Positions 1 to 7,712 of a DNA stretch of 64,000 bases are shown here, in pieces (within the stretch, counting starts at the first letter, position 1; each line of letters begins with the position of its first letter). Source of the DNA: an uncultured Collinsella sp. (GTDB taxonomy: Bacteria; Actinomycetota; Coriobacteriia; Coriobacteriales; Coriobacteriaceae); contig CAUEPS010000004.1 in assembly GCA_959019775.1 (NCBI GenBank), positions 43,457 to 107,456 of the forward strand, read 5' to 3'. The notes under the pieces are model-generated. The model saw nothing but the letters and a program-made list of their open reading frames with translations. It was not told the DNA's origin and searched no databases. The position numbers and the translations under genes were made by a program.

Positions 1-327
1 GATGTTCGGCAGGTTCTTGAGCTCGAACTTCTCCTTGGGAGCATCGAGGTTCTCGTCGACCGCGGCACCCTGCTTGACGCCGGACATGGCGACGAACTCG
101 GCGAGCACCTTGGGCACGTTCTGGCCGATGATGACCTGGAGCTGGCTGCCGGCGAACTGGCAACCCAGAACACCCTTGACCTTCTTGATCTTCTCCACGT
201 CGGCCTTGTTGTTGTCCTTGAGCGTCAGACGCAGACGCGTCATGCAGTTGGTGGCGACGGAAACATTCTCCGCACCGCCCACGAGCTCGAGGACATCGGT
301 GGCAATCTGCTTGTTATCTACTGCCAT
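1..327 (-). CDS. PTS glucose/beta-glucoside-family EIIB(C) permease, N-terminal fragment; the gene runs off the window start
   Basis: My reverse translation from ATG 327-325 gives MAVDNKQIATDVLELVGGAENVSVATNCMTRLRLTLKD... It has the CMTRLR phospho-Cys loop and parallels the N-terminus of the EIIBC at 31301-32752. It is absent from the ORF track because no stop lies in the window. Confidence 0.8.
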   Translation of the reverse strand, partial: MAVDNKQIATDVLELVGGAENVSVATNCMTRLRLTLKDNNKADVEKIKKVKGVLGCQFAGSQLQVIIGQNVPKVLAEFVAMSGVKQGAAVDENLDAPKEKFELKNLPNI

Positions 328-433
328 GGGACCCCTCCCCATATCATCGTGTGCCTACTCGTTTGGGCGTAGGCACGCCTTTGGCTCGGCGACTATAACC
401 CCTTACGGCCACCGAACCCTTGGATACGCTGTC

Positions 434-461
434 GTAAACAATGTGTTTACTGAACGTTTAC
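434..461. promoter_or_regulatory. Candidate operator array of GTAAAC/GTTTAC hexamers, including the palindrome GTAAACA-atg-TGTTTAC at 434-450
   Basis: A perfect 7-bp inverted repeat with a 3-nt spacer lies just downstream of the putative -10 of the PTS gene. The 12-mer TGTTTACTGAAC and the 10-mer GAACGTTTAC recur at 21935-21946 and 22051-22060. Confidence 0.4.
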
Positions 462-468
462 GGGCTTT

Positions 469-498
469 AGTTTACACGGAACGTCTAATTTGTGTCAA
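469..498 (-). promoter_or_regulatory. Putative sigma70-type promoter of the truncated PTS gene
   Basis: Minus strand reads TTGACA (498-493), 18-nt spacer, TAAACT (474-469), about 140 nt upstream of the ATG at 327. Confidence 0.4.
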
Positions 499-633
499 TT
501 TTGCCGTCTGTAGTCTGGTGAACGGTAGGAAATCGGGGGTGAACGTACTTGAACGGTAAGGGATTGTCTATTTGACGATCTGCTGCTAAATGCCTATTTA
601 CGTGGTCTTTTAATTTGGTAAACACCTCTATTC

Positions 634-653
634 TTTGTTGACCCATCAACAAA
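634..653. promoter_or_regulatory. Palindrome TTTGTTGA-ccca-TCAACAAA overlapping a TTGACC -35-like hexamer
   Basis: Perfect 8-bp arms. A related site, CTGTTGA-cgca-TCAACGG, overlaps the -35 of the hydrolase promoter at 48148-48163. Confidence 0.35.
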
Positions 654-755
654 AGCCCTGCTAAATGGTGATAAACGAATGTTTAGTAATTTGTTGAGTG
701 TTCATTTTGACCGTTTACCGAGTTCATCTGCCTGTTCTGTAGCTCTGCATTAAAC

Positions 756-767
756 TAAACATGTTTA
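756..767. promoter_or_regulatory. Perfect 12-bp palindrome TAAACATGTTTA upstream of the esterase gene
   Basis: Read directly from the sequence. It lies about 50 nt upstream of the ATG at 818, in an AT-rich divergent promoter region. Confidence 0.35.
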
Positions 768-817
768 AGTTGTATTGCCGCTGATGTTTACCACTCGCGG
801 CGCAGAGGAGGCAGCTC

Positions 818-2155
818 ATGGAACTCAAATCGTGCACCTACGCAACCGTCACCACGCTGGGAGACTTTGGCCCCTGGATCAGCAAAGTCGTGCTCGACCT
901 GCCGTGCACCGTTCGCGCCAACGATATCGATGCGCGTACCTTCCATATATATGTAGAGCGCCATGAACGCACGGGCGAGATCCTGATGCGCAAAGAGCGC
1001 GGCGCCGACCACGCCGCACCTTCCGTAGGCTATGTCGACGTCCTCGCCGCCTATCCGTGCGATGAGTGCGGACGCAAGCTCGCCTTTGGCACCCATGTGG
1101 CGCTCGAGATCGCCGAGCAGCGCCTGACCAAGAAGATCGAGGGCAGCGTGATGGGCTCGCGCTTGCTCGACGACCAGCTGCGCATCACGCAGCTCGCGGC
1201 CCTTCCCGGCAATGACGGTGACGATCCAACCTGCGGCCTGGTCTTTGACACCTGCCGCGGCGACATCTGTCCCGCGCTCAAGGGCTGGAGCAATGCCACG
1301 CAAAAGACCGCCGTCAACGGCATCGCGCTCGAGTATGGCTTCTTTGAGCCCAGCTTTAAGGCCGAGGACTCCGCCTGCTTCAGCCCCTTCGCGCCCGAAA
1401 CGACAGTCGTGCCCCAGAAGGCCCCGCTCGTGGTGTACCTGCACGGCGCTGGCGAGGGCAAGGGCGCTACGCAAGGCGAGGGCGCCACGCGCGCTTATAT
1501 CGGCAACCGCGTGACGGCCATCAGCCAGGCGCAGATCCAACGCTACTTTGGCGGCTTTGCCTGGGTTCTCGTGCCGCAGTCGCCCACGTTTTGGATGGAC
1601 AACGGCACTGAGCAGCTCGGCCACTCCAACCAGAGCATCTACTCCCCCGTCATTAAGGCGCTCATCGACGAGTTTGTCGCCGAGCATGCCGACCGCATCG
1701 ACACCAACCGCATCGTGGTCGCTGGCCTTTCCAACGGCGGCTTTATGACGCTGCGCCTGTGCGCCGACTACCCCGAGTTCTTCGCCGCGGGCCTTCCCTG
1801 CTGCGCGCCGTGGTACAACGCCACGGACGAGGACGTTGCTGCCCTTGCCAAGACACCGCTGTGGTTTACGCACTCCAAGGGCGATGAGCTCGTGATACCG
1901 CAGGAGACCGTGCTGCCGCTCACGGCTCGCCTGCGCGCTGCCGGCGCCAACGTGCATCTCACCTACTTTAGCCATGTCGAGGACCTGACCGGGCGCTACC
2001 GCGAGGCCGACGGCTCGCCCAAGAAGACGTTCAACCATGGCGTGTGGATCCACCAATTCAACGACATGTGTTATCAAGACTTCGACGGGGGCAACGTACT
2101 TATCGACGGCGAGCCGGTGGGCTGCTGGGAGTGGTCGGCCAGGGTCGACAGGTAA
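818..2155 (+). CDS. Alpha/beta-hydrolase-fold esterase (carbohydrate-esterase/peptidase S9-like) with an N-terminal accessory domain
   Basis: 445-aa ORF with RBS GAGGAGG 8 nt upstream. It has the nucleophile elbow GLSNGG, a VVYLHGAGEG oxyanion-type segment and a late HSKGDELV / H motif. Confidence 0.75.
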   Translation: MELKSCTYATVTTLGDFGPWISKVVLDLPCTVRANDIDARTFHIYVERHERTGEILMRKERGADHAAPSVGYVDVLAAYPCDECGRKLAFGTHVALEIAEQRLTKKIEGSVMGSRLLDDQLRITQLAALPGNDGDDPTCGLVFDTCRGDICPALKGWSNATQKTAVNGIALEYGFFEPSFKAEDSACFSPFAPETTVVPQKAPLVVYLHGAGEGKGATQGEGATRAYIGNRVTAISQAQIQRYFGGFAWVLVPQSPTFWMDNGTEQLGHSNQSIYSPVIKALIDEFVAEHADRIDTNRIVVAGLSNGGFMTLRLCADYPEFFAAGLPCCAPWYNATDEDVAALAKTPLWFTHSKGDELVIPQETVLPLTARLRAAGANVHLTYFSHVEDLTGRYREADGSPKKTFNHGVWIHQFNDMCYQDFDGGNVLIDGEPVGCWEWSARVDR

Positions 2156-2167
2156 TCTATCCCATCA

Positions 2168-2290
2168 CGGGGCCGAGGGCTTACCTCTGAAAATGTCCTC
2201 GGGCATGCGGCCCGGTTGCACCACGCGCTTCGCGCTGTGCAACCGGGCCGCCCCCTGCGGAATATTTTCAGAGGTAAGCCCTCGGCCCCG
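2168..2290. repeat. 123-bp three-tier perfect palindrome (27-bp outer arms, 15-bp inner arms, GCGC-ttc-GCGC tip)
   Basis: Outer arms are CGGGGCCGAGGGCTTACCTCTGAAAAT (2168-2194) and its exact reverse complement (2264-2290). Inner arms are 2207-2221 and 2237-2251. No T-run follows. Confidence 0.9.
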
Positions 2291-2419
2291 CTGCGTTGAC
2301 GTTGCTGTTGACCCTGGGCGAGCGCTTCCGGCGGGCCGCCGGGTTGACGACGATGAGGGCGGGGGTCCCGTCTTGCCTTGCGCGTGACTGACTGAAATGA
2401 TTTTGGTTGGAGCTTTCTT

Positions 2420-3931
2420 ATGACTCGCGATTTAACTCGGGTGATTGTTACTACTGATATGGAAGTCGATGATATGAACTCGCTCGTTCATTTGGCTCTG
2501 TATCTCAACTTGCTCGATGTTCAGGCTGTGGTGTACACGGCTTCGCAGTATCATTTTCTTGGGGATGGCGTGCATTCGCTTGGCGAGGTGAATCCGCATT
2601 GGCGTACCAAGGGTCACCGTTCCTATGAGTGGGATGTGGTGCCTCATGAGCCTGATCCGCTTGCTGGGGAGCTTCGTGAGTATCGACCGTTTCCTGAGCA
2701 TTGGATCGAGAGCCTCTGGAGCAATGAGTATGCCCAGGCCTGGCCTCAGCTGCAGGCTAATGCGGCCGCTGCCGGCGAGTCTCCGTTTCCCTCGCCTGCT
2801 CAGATGATTGAGCGTACGTTTGTGGGCAATGTTGCCTTTGAAGGCGATGTGCGTGAGGAGTCTGAGGGTTCGCGCGTGATTGCTCAGGCGATTTTGGATG
2901 ATGACCCGCGCACGCTTTGGCTACTCAGTTGGGGCGGTATGAATACGATCGTTCGCGCCCTGATGAGCATTGCCAAGCGCTATCGCGCCACACCCGAATG
3001 GCCTTCTGTGCAACAGTGTGTCTATCAGAAGGTACGCGTGATGGGCGTTGCCGATGGTGTGGGGCAGGACAATTCTTGGCTCGACCATGGGCATGAGCTC
3101 TTCCCCGATCTCATCTTTTGGTGTGTGCCCTATATGTATGGCGGCTATGTCGATGCCAAGATGGCTCAGCCCGATACGCTGCCGCTCTTTCAGGCTCCCT
3201 GGCCCGAGCAAAATCTCACGCAGGGCAACGGTCCCCTTATGGCGCGCTATATGCTCTATGGCGATGGCAAGGTGTACGAAAACGAGCCCGAGAGGTTCCA
3301 GTTTGGCAAGCATGCCCGCTTGGATTGGGGCTTAGAAGGCATGCCCGCGATGCAATTTGAGCGCGGCGATTTTATGGCCGAGGGCGACTCGATGACCTAT
3401 ATTCCGCTGCTGTCGTTTGGCCTGCGCGGCATCGATAACCGCGACTTTGACACGTTGCTCGGCCGCATGTTCCTTGACGGGCATCCCGACTCAGATGCGC
3501 CTGCCGGTTTTGCTGCCATAGGTACGCCGGTGGACGGCAACCCCAACCCCTATCTGCGCGCCTACCAGGAAGACTTCGCCGCTCGCGCGCAGTGGTGCGC
3601 CCATGAGCCCGCGGCCTGCTCGCATCCGGCGTATGTTGCCGAGGTCACGGGCGACATGAGCGCCGCGGCCGGCGAGCGCGTTGCTCTTGCAGCGACCATC
3701 GTCGACCCCGATGGCAGGGGCTTCGATGCTCATTGGAATGTCACCATGGGACCGTCGCGCTATGCAGGCGCTCAAGATCTGTCGCTATGGCAGGAATGCG
3801 CGACGGACGCCACGTTCACCGTACCCGCCGACGCGCAGCCCGGCGACCGCTTCGTGCTCACCCTCAGCGTTAAAACCCGCGCCGAGCGCCCCTGCACCCG
3901 CTACGCCCAGGTCGCCATCACCGTCGCGTAG
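2420..3931 (+). CDS. DUF1593-type (nucleoside-hydrolase-like fold) protein with a C-terminal Ig-like domain
   Basis: 503-aa ORF. The N-terminal VIVTTDMEVDDMNSLVHLALY is the DUF1593/IUNH-like signature, and SWGGMNT is present further on. Confidence 0.65.
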   Translation: MTRDLTRVIVTTDMEVDDMNSLVHLALYLNLLDVQAVVYTASQYHFLGDGVHSLGEVNPHWRTKGHRSYEWDVVPHEPDPLAGELREYRPFPEHWIESLWSNEYAQAWPQLQANAAAAGESPFPSPAQMIERTFVGNVAFEGDVREESEGSRVIAQAILDDDPRTLWLLSWGGMNTIVRALMSIAKRYRATPEWPSVQQCVYQKVRVMGVADGVGQDNSWLDHGHELFPDLIFWCVPYMYGGYVDAKMAQPDTLPLFQAPWPEQNLTQGNGPLMARYMLYGDGKVYENEPERFQFGKHARLDWGLEGMPAMQFERGDFMAEGDSMTYIPLLSFGLRGIDNRDFDTLLGRMFLDGHPDSDAPAGFAAIGTPVDGNPNPYLRAYQEDFAARAQWCAHEPAACSHPAYVAEVTGDMSAAAGERVALAATIVDPDGRGFDAHWNVTMGPSRYAGAQDLSLWQECATDATFTVPADAQPGDRFVLTLSVKTRAERPCTRYAQVAITVA

Positions 3932-3960
3932 CAAGCGGCGGCACCCACATTCGGCACGGA

Positions 3961-4057
3961 GTGTCCCCAACCGCCACTCATTTAAGTACGTCCCCAATGA
4001 GTGGCCGAAGACTGCCCCCAACGACTAGTCGTTTAAGAACGTCCCCGATGACTACCC
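3961..4057. repeat. Dispersed hairpin-repeat family, locus A (two units)
   Basis: The units are ACTCATTTAAGTACGTCCCCAATGAGT (3976-4002) and ACTAGTCGTTTAAGAACGTCCCCGATGACTAC (4024-4055). The same units occur at 42222-42261, 50645-50830 and 54307-54462. Confidence 0.85.
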
Positions 4058-4257
4058 AGAAGTTGCGGTGGAATAGTTCCTGTTTGGCCTTCTATGGCCC
4101 ACATTTAGGAACTATTTCACCGCAAGTTATTTGGGGATGAAAAATGGGCCATGTGTCCCAGTTGTGGAGACTCGTTGAGCCGTCTGGGTATCGTGAAAGA
4201 TCGCGCACTCCCCCATCATCAAAAGTGACACACGCTACCTGTTGATGGGAGGCAGCC

Positions 4258-4995
4258 ATGGGCTTCTTTGACAAGATGTTCGAGAAGAAAGAGTGCGCGA
4301 TTTGCGGTACCGAGCTGGGACTTTTGGGGAAGACCAAGATCAACGAAGGCTACCTGTGCAAAGAGTGCGTCGGCAAGCTCTCCCCCTTCTTTGGCGGCTA
4401 TCGCTCAAGCACCGCGGACGATATCCGTGAGCAGCTCGCCTACCGCGAGGCCAACGCCGAGCGCCTGGCCTCGTTCAACCCCACGCGCACGCTCTCTGCC
4501 GGGCGCACCAACATCATGCTCGATGAGGACGCGGGCCTGCTGATCATTACCTCGCAGAGCCGCTGGCGCGACGCCAACCCCGACATTATCGAGTTCTCGC
4601 AGGTACTCGGCTGCGATATGGATATCGACGAGCACCGTACCGAGATCTATCGCGAGACCAAGGACGGCGAGCGCGAGAGCTACAACCCGCCGCGCTACGA
4701 CCTGGATTACGACTTCAATCTGACCATCCACGTCAACACGCCGTACTTTACCGAGATCGACCTGCGCGTGAACGACTCCACCATCGAGCAGCGCGGATCC
4801 ATCGAGTACCGCGAGGCCAAGCGTCAGGCAACCGAAGTCCGCGACGCGCTGGTGCAGCTGCGTCAGGAGACGCGCGATAGCGTCGTTGCCGCCAAGGCCC
4901 CCAAGACCGCGGTGACCTGCCCCTTCTGCGGCGCCACCACCATTCCCGATGCCAGTGGGCGCTGCGAATACTGCGACGGCGCCATCGGCGCATAG
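4258..4995 (+). CDS. DUF4428-type zinc-ribbon protein with a second C-terminal zinc ribbon
   Basis: 245 aa. N-terminal CAICGTELGLLGKTKINEGYLCKEC and C-terminal CPFCGATTIPDASGRCEYC. RBS GGGAGG lies upstream. Confidence 0.7.
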   Translation: MGFFDKMFEKKECAICGTELGLLGKTKINEGYLCKECVGKLSPFFGGYRSSTADDIREQLAYREANAERLASFNPTRTLSAGRTNIMLDEDAGLLIITSQSRWRDANPDIIEFSQVLGCDMDIDEHRTEIYRETKDGERESYNPPRYDLDYDFNLTIHVNTPYFTEIDLRVNDSTIEQRGSIEYREAKRQATEVRDALVQLRQETRDSVVAAKAPKTAVTCPFCGATTIPDASGRCEYCDGAIGA

Positions 4996-5019
4996 CCCTC
5001 GGCACGGAAAGGACCGATC

Positions 5020-6342
5020 ATGGCCTTCGAAAGCGTTAACTATCAGTGCCCCGCGTGTGGCGGCCCGCTGCATTTTGCCAGCGCCGAGCAAAAGCTCGTC
5101 TGTGACTACTGCGACTCGCGCTTTGAAGTCGAAGAGGTCGAGGCTCTCTATCGCGAGCGCCAGGACAAGGCAGATGCCAAAGCCGATGCGGCGGCCGCAA
5201 CATCCAAGCCCGCATCCGACGATGCGGTGCAGGAACTGGCCCAAAACGCCGGCTATATCTGCTCGTCGTGTGGCGCCGAGCTGATCTCGGACGGCACCGT
5301 CGCCGTCTCCACCTGCCCATACTGCGGCAATCCCGCCGTGGCGCCCGGCCAGCTCTCGGGCGACTTCTCCCCCGACCTGGTGATTCCGTTTAAGCTCGGG
5401 CGCGACGATGTCTTGGCCGCACTCAAGGAGCACTACAAGGGCAAGATCCTGCTGCCCAAGAGCTTTGTCACCGGCAACCACATCGACGAAGTCCAAGGCG
5501 TCTACGTGCCGTTTTGGCTCTACGGCGCCCGCGTGGACGGCGAAGTGCACTTTGACGCAACCAACGAGACCGTGACCGAGGAATCCGACCGCACCGTCAC
5601 GACCACCGACCACTACGATGCCTACCGTAAGGGCAATATCTCGTTTGAGCGCGTGCCCGTCGACGGATCGTCCAAGATGCCCGACGGCCACATGGACGCC
5701 ATCGAACCGTTTGACTACGACGCGCTGCGCCCGTTCTCGGTCGCCTACATGCCCGGCTACATCGCCAACCGTTACGATGAGGACTGCGAGACTTGCAAGG
5801 CCCGTGCCGAGCGCCGTATGGAAGAAAGCACGATCTCGGCCCTGCGCGAGACCGTTATCGATGAGTACGACGATGCCTCGGTCGAGAGCAAGCAGCTCGA
5901 CTACACCTGGGAAGACAGCGACTACGCCTTGTTCCCCGTCTGGATGCTCTCGACCTCGTGGAACGGCAAGAGCTACCTGTTTGCCATGAACGGCCAGACC
6001 GGCCGCATGGTCGGCGAGCTCCCCTGCTCCAAGCCAAAGCTCGCTATCGCCTCGGTGCTGTTCTTTGTGATCGGATTCGTTCTCTCACAGATTCTCTTTA
6101 TGGGCGAATACGCCTTCGATCCGGACTACCTCACCTTTGATGTCGAGGGCATCCTCATCAACATCGTCGCGCCGCTGATCATCGTGATCGTCGCGGACGT
6201 GCTGCTGGTAGGCCAGCTCAAGACAGCCAACGAGGCCACCCACGCCGACGAGTACTGCGGCGAGCTCGACCTGGTCGAGAAACACGACACCTTCAGTCAC
6301 ACCGAGACCTCGGTCGTCATGAAGGACAACAAGGACGATTAA
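5020..6342 (+). CDS. Double zinc-ribbon (TFIIB-type) membrane-anchored protein, YdjG-like
   Basis: 440 aa. Ribbons are CPACGGPLHF..CDYC and CSSCGAELIS..CPYCGN. It carries the conserved VPFWLY ... LFPVWML ... FAMNGQTGRMVGELP pattern and C-terminal TM helices. Confidence 0.65.
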   Translation: MAFESVNYQCPACGGPLHFASAEQKLVCDYCDSRFEVEEVEALYRERQDKADAKADAAAATSKPASDDAVQELAQNAGYICSSCGAELISDGTVAVSTCPYCGNPAVAPGQLSGDFSPDLVIPFKLGRDDVLAALKEHYKGKILLPKSFVTGNHIDEVQGVYVPFWLYGARVDGEVHFDATNETVTEESDRTVTTTDHYDAYRKGNISFERVPVDGSSKMPDGHMDAIEPFDYDALRPFSVAYMPGYIANRYDEDCETCKARAERRMEESTISALRETVIDEYDDASVESKQLDYTWEDSDYALFPVWMLSTSWNGKSYLFAMNGQTGRMVGELPCSKPKLAIASVLFFVIGFVLSQILFMGEYAFDPDYLTFDVEGILINIVAPLIIVIVADVLLVGQLKTANEATHADEYCGELDLVEKHDTFSHTETSVVMKDNKDD

Positions 6343-6390
6343 CCATTCTGACCAATACCGCCCGGCCTTTGACGAGAAAGGAAGATCACC

Positions 6391-7632
6391 ATGGGACTCT
6401 TGAAAGCTGGATTGGGAGCTGCCGGCGGCGTCATGGCCGACCAGTGGAAGGAATTTATCTATTGCGAATCGATGCCCGCTGACGTCTTGGCCTGCAAGGG
6501 CAGCAAGCGCACCGGTGGCCGCAGCTCCAACACGCGCGGCGAGGACAACGTCATCTCCAACGGCTCCGTCATCGCCGTCAACGACGGCCAAGGCATGCTC
6601 GTGGTGCAAAACGGCAAGATTATCGAGGTCGCGCTGGAGCCCGGCGAGTTTGTCTTTGACACCGGCAGCGAGCCGAGCGTCTTTAGCGGCAACCTGGGCG
6701 ACTCCATCAAGGAGACCTTCGCCAATATCGGCAGCCGCTTTACCTTCGGCGGCGACGCGGGCAAGGACCAGCGCGTCTACTTTATCAACACCAAGGAGAT
6801 TATCGGCAACAAGTACGGCACCGCCTCGCCCGTGCCCTTCCGCGTGGTCGATAACAATATTGGCCTGGACGTCGACATCTCCGTGCGCTGCAACGGCGAG
6901 TATTCGTACCGCATCACCAACCCGCTGCTGTTCTATACCAACGTGTGCGGCAACGTGACCGATAGCTACACGCGCGACAAGATCGACAGCCAGCTTAAGT
7001 CCGAGCTGCTCACCGCCCTTCAGCCCGCCTTCGCCAAGATCTCGGAGATGGGCATCCGCTACAGTGCCATCCCCGGCCACACCACCGAGCTCGCCCGTGC
7101 GCTCAACGAGGTCCTCTCCGCCGACTGGCGCGACTTGCGCGGCGTCGAGATCGTGAGCTTTGGCGTCAACTCCATCGCCGCCTCGCAAGAAGACGAGCAG
7201 ATGATCAAGGACCTGCAGAAGGCCGCGGTCATGCGCGATCCCACCATGGCAGCCGCCAACATCGCCAGCGCCCAGAGCGATGCGATGCGCGCAGCAGCCG
7301 CCAACCCCAACGGCGCGATGGCAGGCTTCATGGGCATGGGCATGGCGGGCGGCATGGGCGGCATGAATGCCAGCCAGCTGTTCGCCGCCGGCCAGGCACA
7401 GCAGCAAGCTGCCCCACAGCCGACTCCGACACCCGCCCCCGCACCGGCTCCTGCCGCTGCCCCCGCGGCCGGCACGTGGACCTGCAGTTGCGGTGCCACC
7501 AACACCGGCAAGTTCTGCCCCGAGTGTGGCAGTCCCGCACCCGCCCCGGCACCGACCAAGTGGTTCTGCCCCAACTGCGGCAGCGAAAACGGCGGCAAGT
7601 TCTGCAGCAACTGCGGAACACCCAGGCCCTAG
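6391..7632 (+). CDS. SPFH/band-7 superfamily protein of the YdjI / 'virion core protein-like' type with C-terminal double zinc ribbon
   Basis: 413 aa. N-terminal MGLLKAGLGAAGGVMADQWKE and an SPFH-like core. A Gly/Met-rich then Pro/Ala linker leads to CSCGATNTGKFCPECG and CPNCGSENGGKFCSNCG. Confidence 0.7.
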   Translation: MGLLKAGLGAAGGVMADQWKEFIYCESMPADVLACKGSKRTGGRSSNTRGEDNVISNGSVIAVNDGQGMLVVQNGKIIEVALEPGEFVFDTGSEPSVFSGNLGDSIKETFANIGSRFTFGGDAGKDQRVYFINTKEIIGNKYGTASPVPFRVVDNNIGLDVDISVRCNGEYSYRITNPLLFYTNVCGNVTDSYTRDKIDSQLKSELLTALQPAFAKISEMGIRYSAIPGHTTELARALNEVLSADWRDLRGVEIVSFGVNSIAASQEDEQMIKDLQKAAVMRDPTMAAANIASAQSDAMRAAAANPNGAMAGFMGMGMAGGMGGMNASQLFAAGQAQQQAAPQPTPTPAPAPAPAAAPAAGTWTCSCGATNTGKFCPECGSPAPAPAPTKWFCPNCGSENGGKFCSNCGTPRP

Positions 7633-7712
7633 CCCCTCTATCTGGTAATTGGCGGGGGATCCGCCGCCCCCGCATTTGCTTCTATGGGTTTCGTTCGATA
7701 AAGGAGGACACC

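Noticed and set aside
328-430. A RAT/terminator in the leader of the truncated PTS gene (hairpin GTGCCTAC..GTAGGCAC at 351-376).
   Set aside because: There is no GGATTGT RAT signature on the coding (minus) strand and no U-run after the hairpin. The GGGATTGTCTATTTGACG string at 560-577 is on the wrong strand.
788-2077. Long antisense ORFs opposite real genes, for example 788..2077(-), 4405..5691(-), 6085..7722(-), 7638..8717(-), 13652..14461(+), 20503..22029(+), 40425..41477(+), 42286..43641(+), 44728..46350(+), 51634..53640(+), 56598..57866(+), 60846..62153(+) and 61898..63139(+).
   Set aside because: They are typical high-GC shadow ORFs. Their products are Arg/Ala/Gly/His-rich and low-complexity, with no motifs and no RBS. 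Each lies fully opposite a gene with clear family signatures.
3932-4343. A small ORF 4092..4343(-), and a hairpin GTGGAATAGTTCC..GGAACTATTTCAC (4068-4120) as a possible small gene or toxin.
   Set aside because: The ORF overlaps the start of the DUF4428 gene and has no RBS or recognisable motif. The hairpin is real, but there is no evidence for a function beyond transcript termination or stability.
7476-7712. The N-terminal extension of the lipoprotein ORF (track start 7476), and similar 5' extensions of the ORFs at 18739..19788, 22195..22623, 28543..29634, 29736..31283, 32820..33728, 56856..57860 and 57830..59137.
   Set aside because: The extensions overlap the preceding genes, are Arg/Pro-rich, and lack an RBS. 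Internal ATGs with good Shine-Dalgarno sequences give N-termini that match the protein families.
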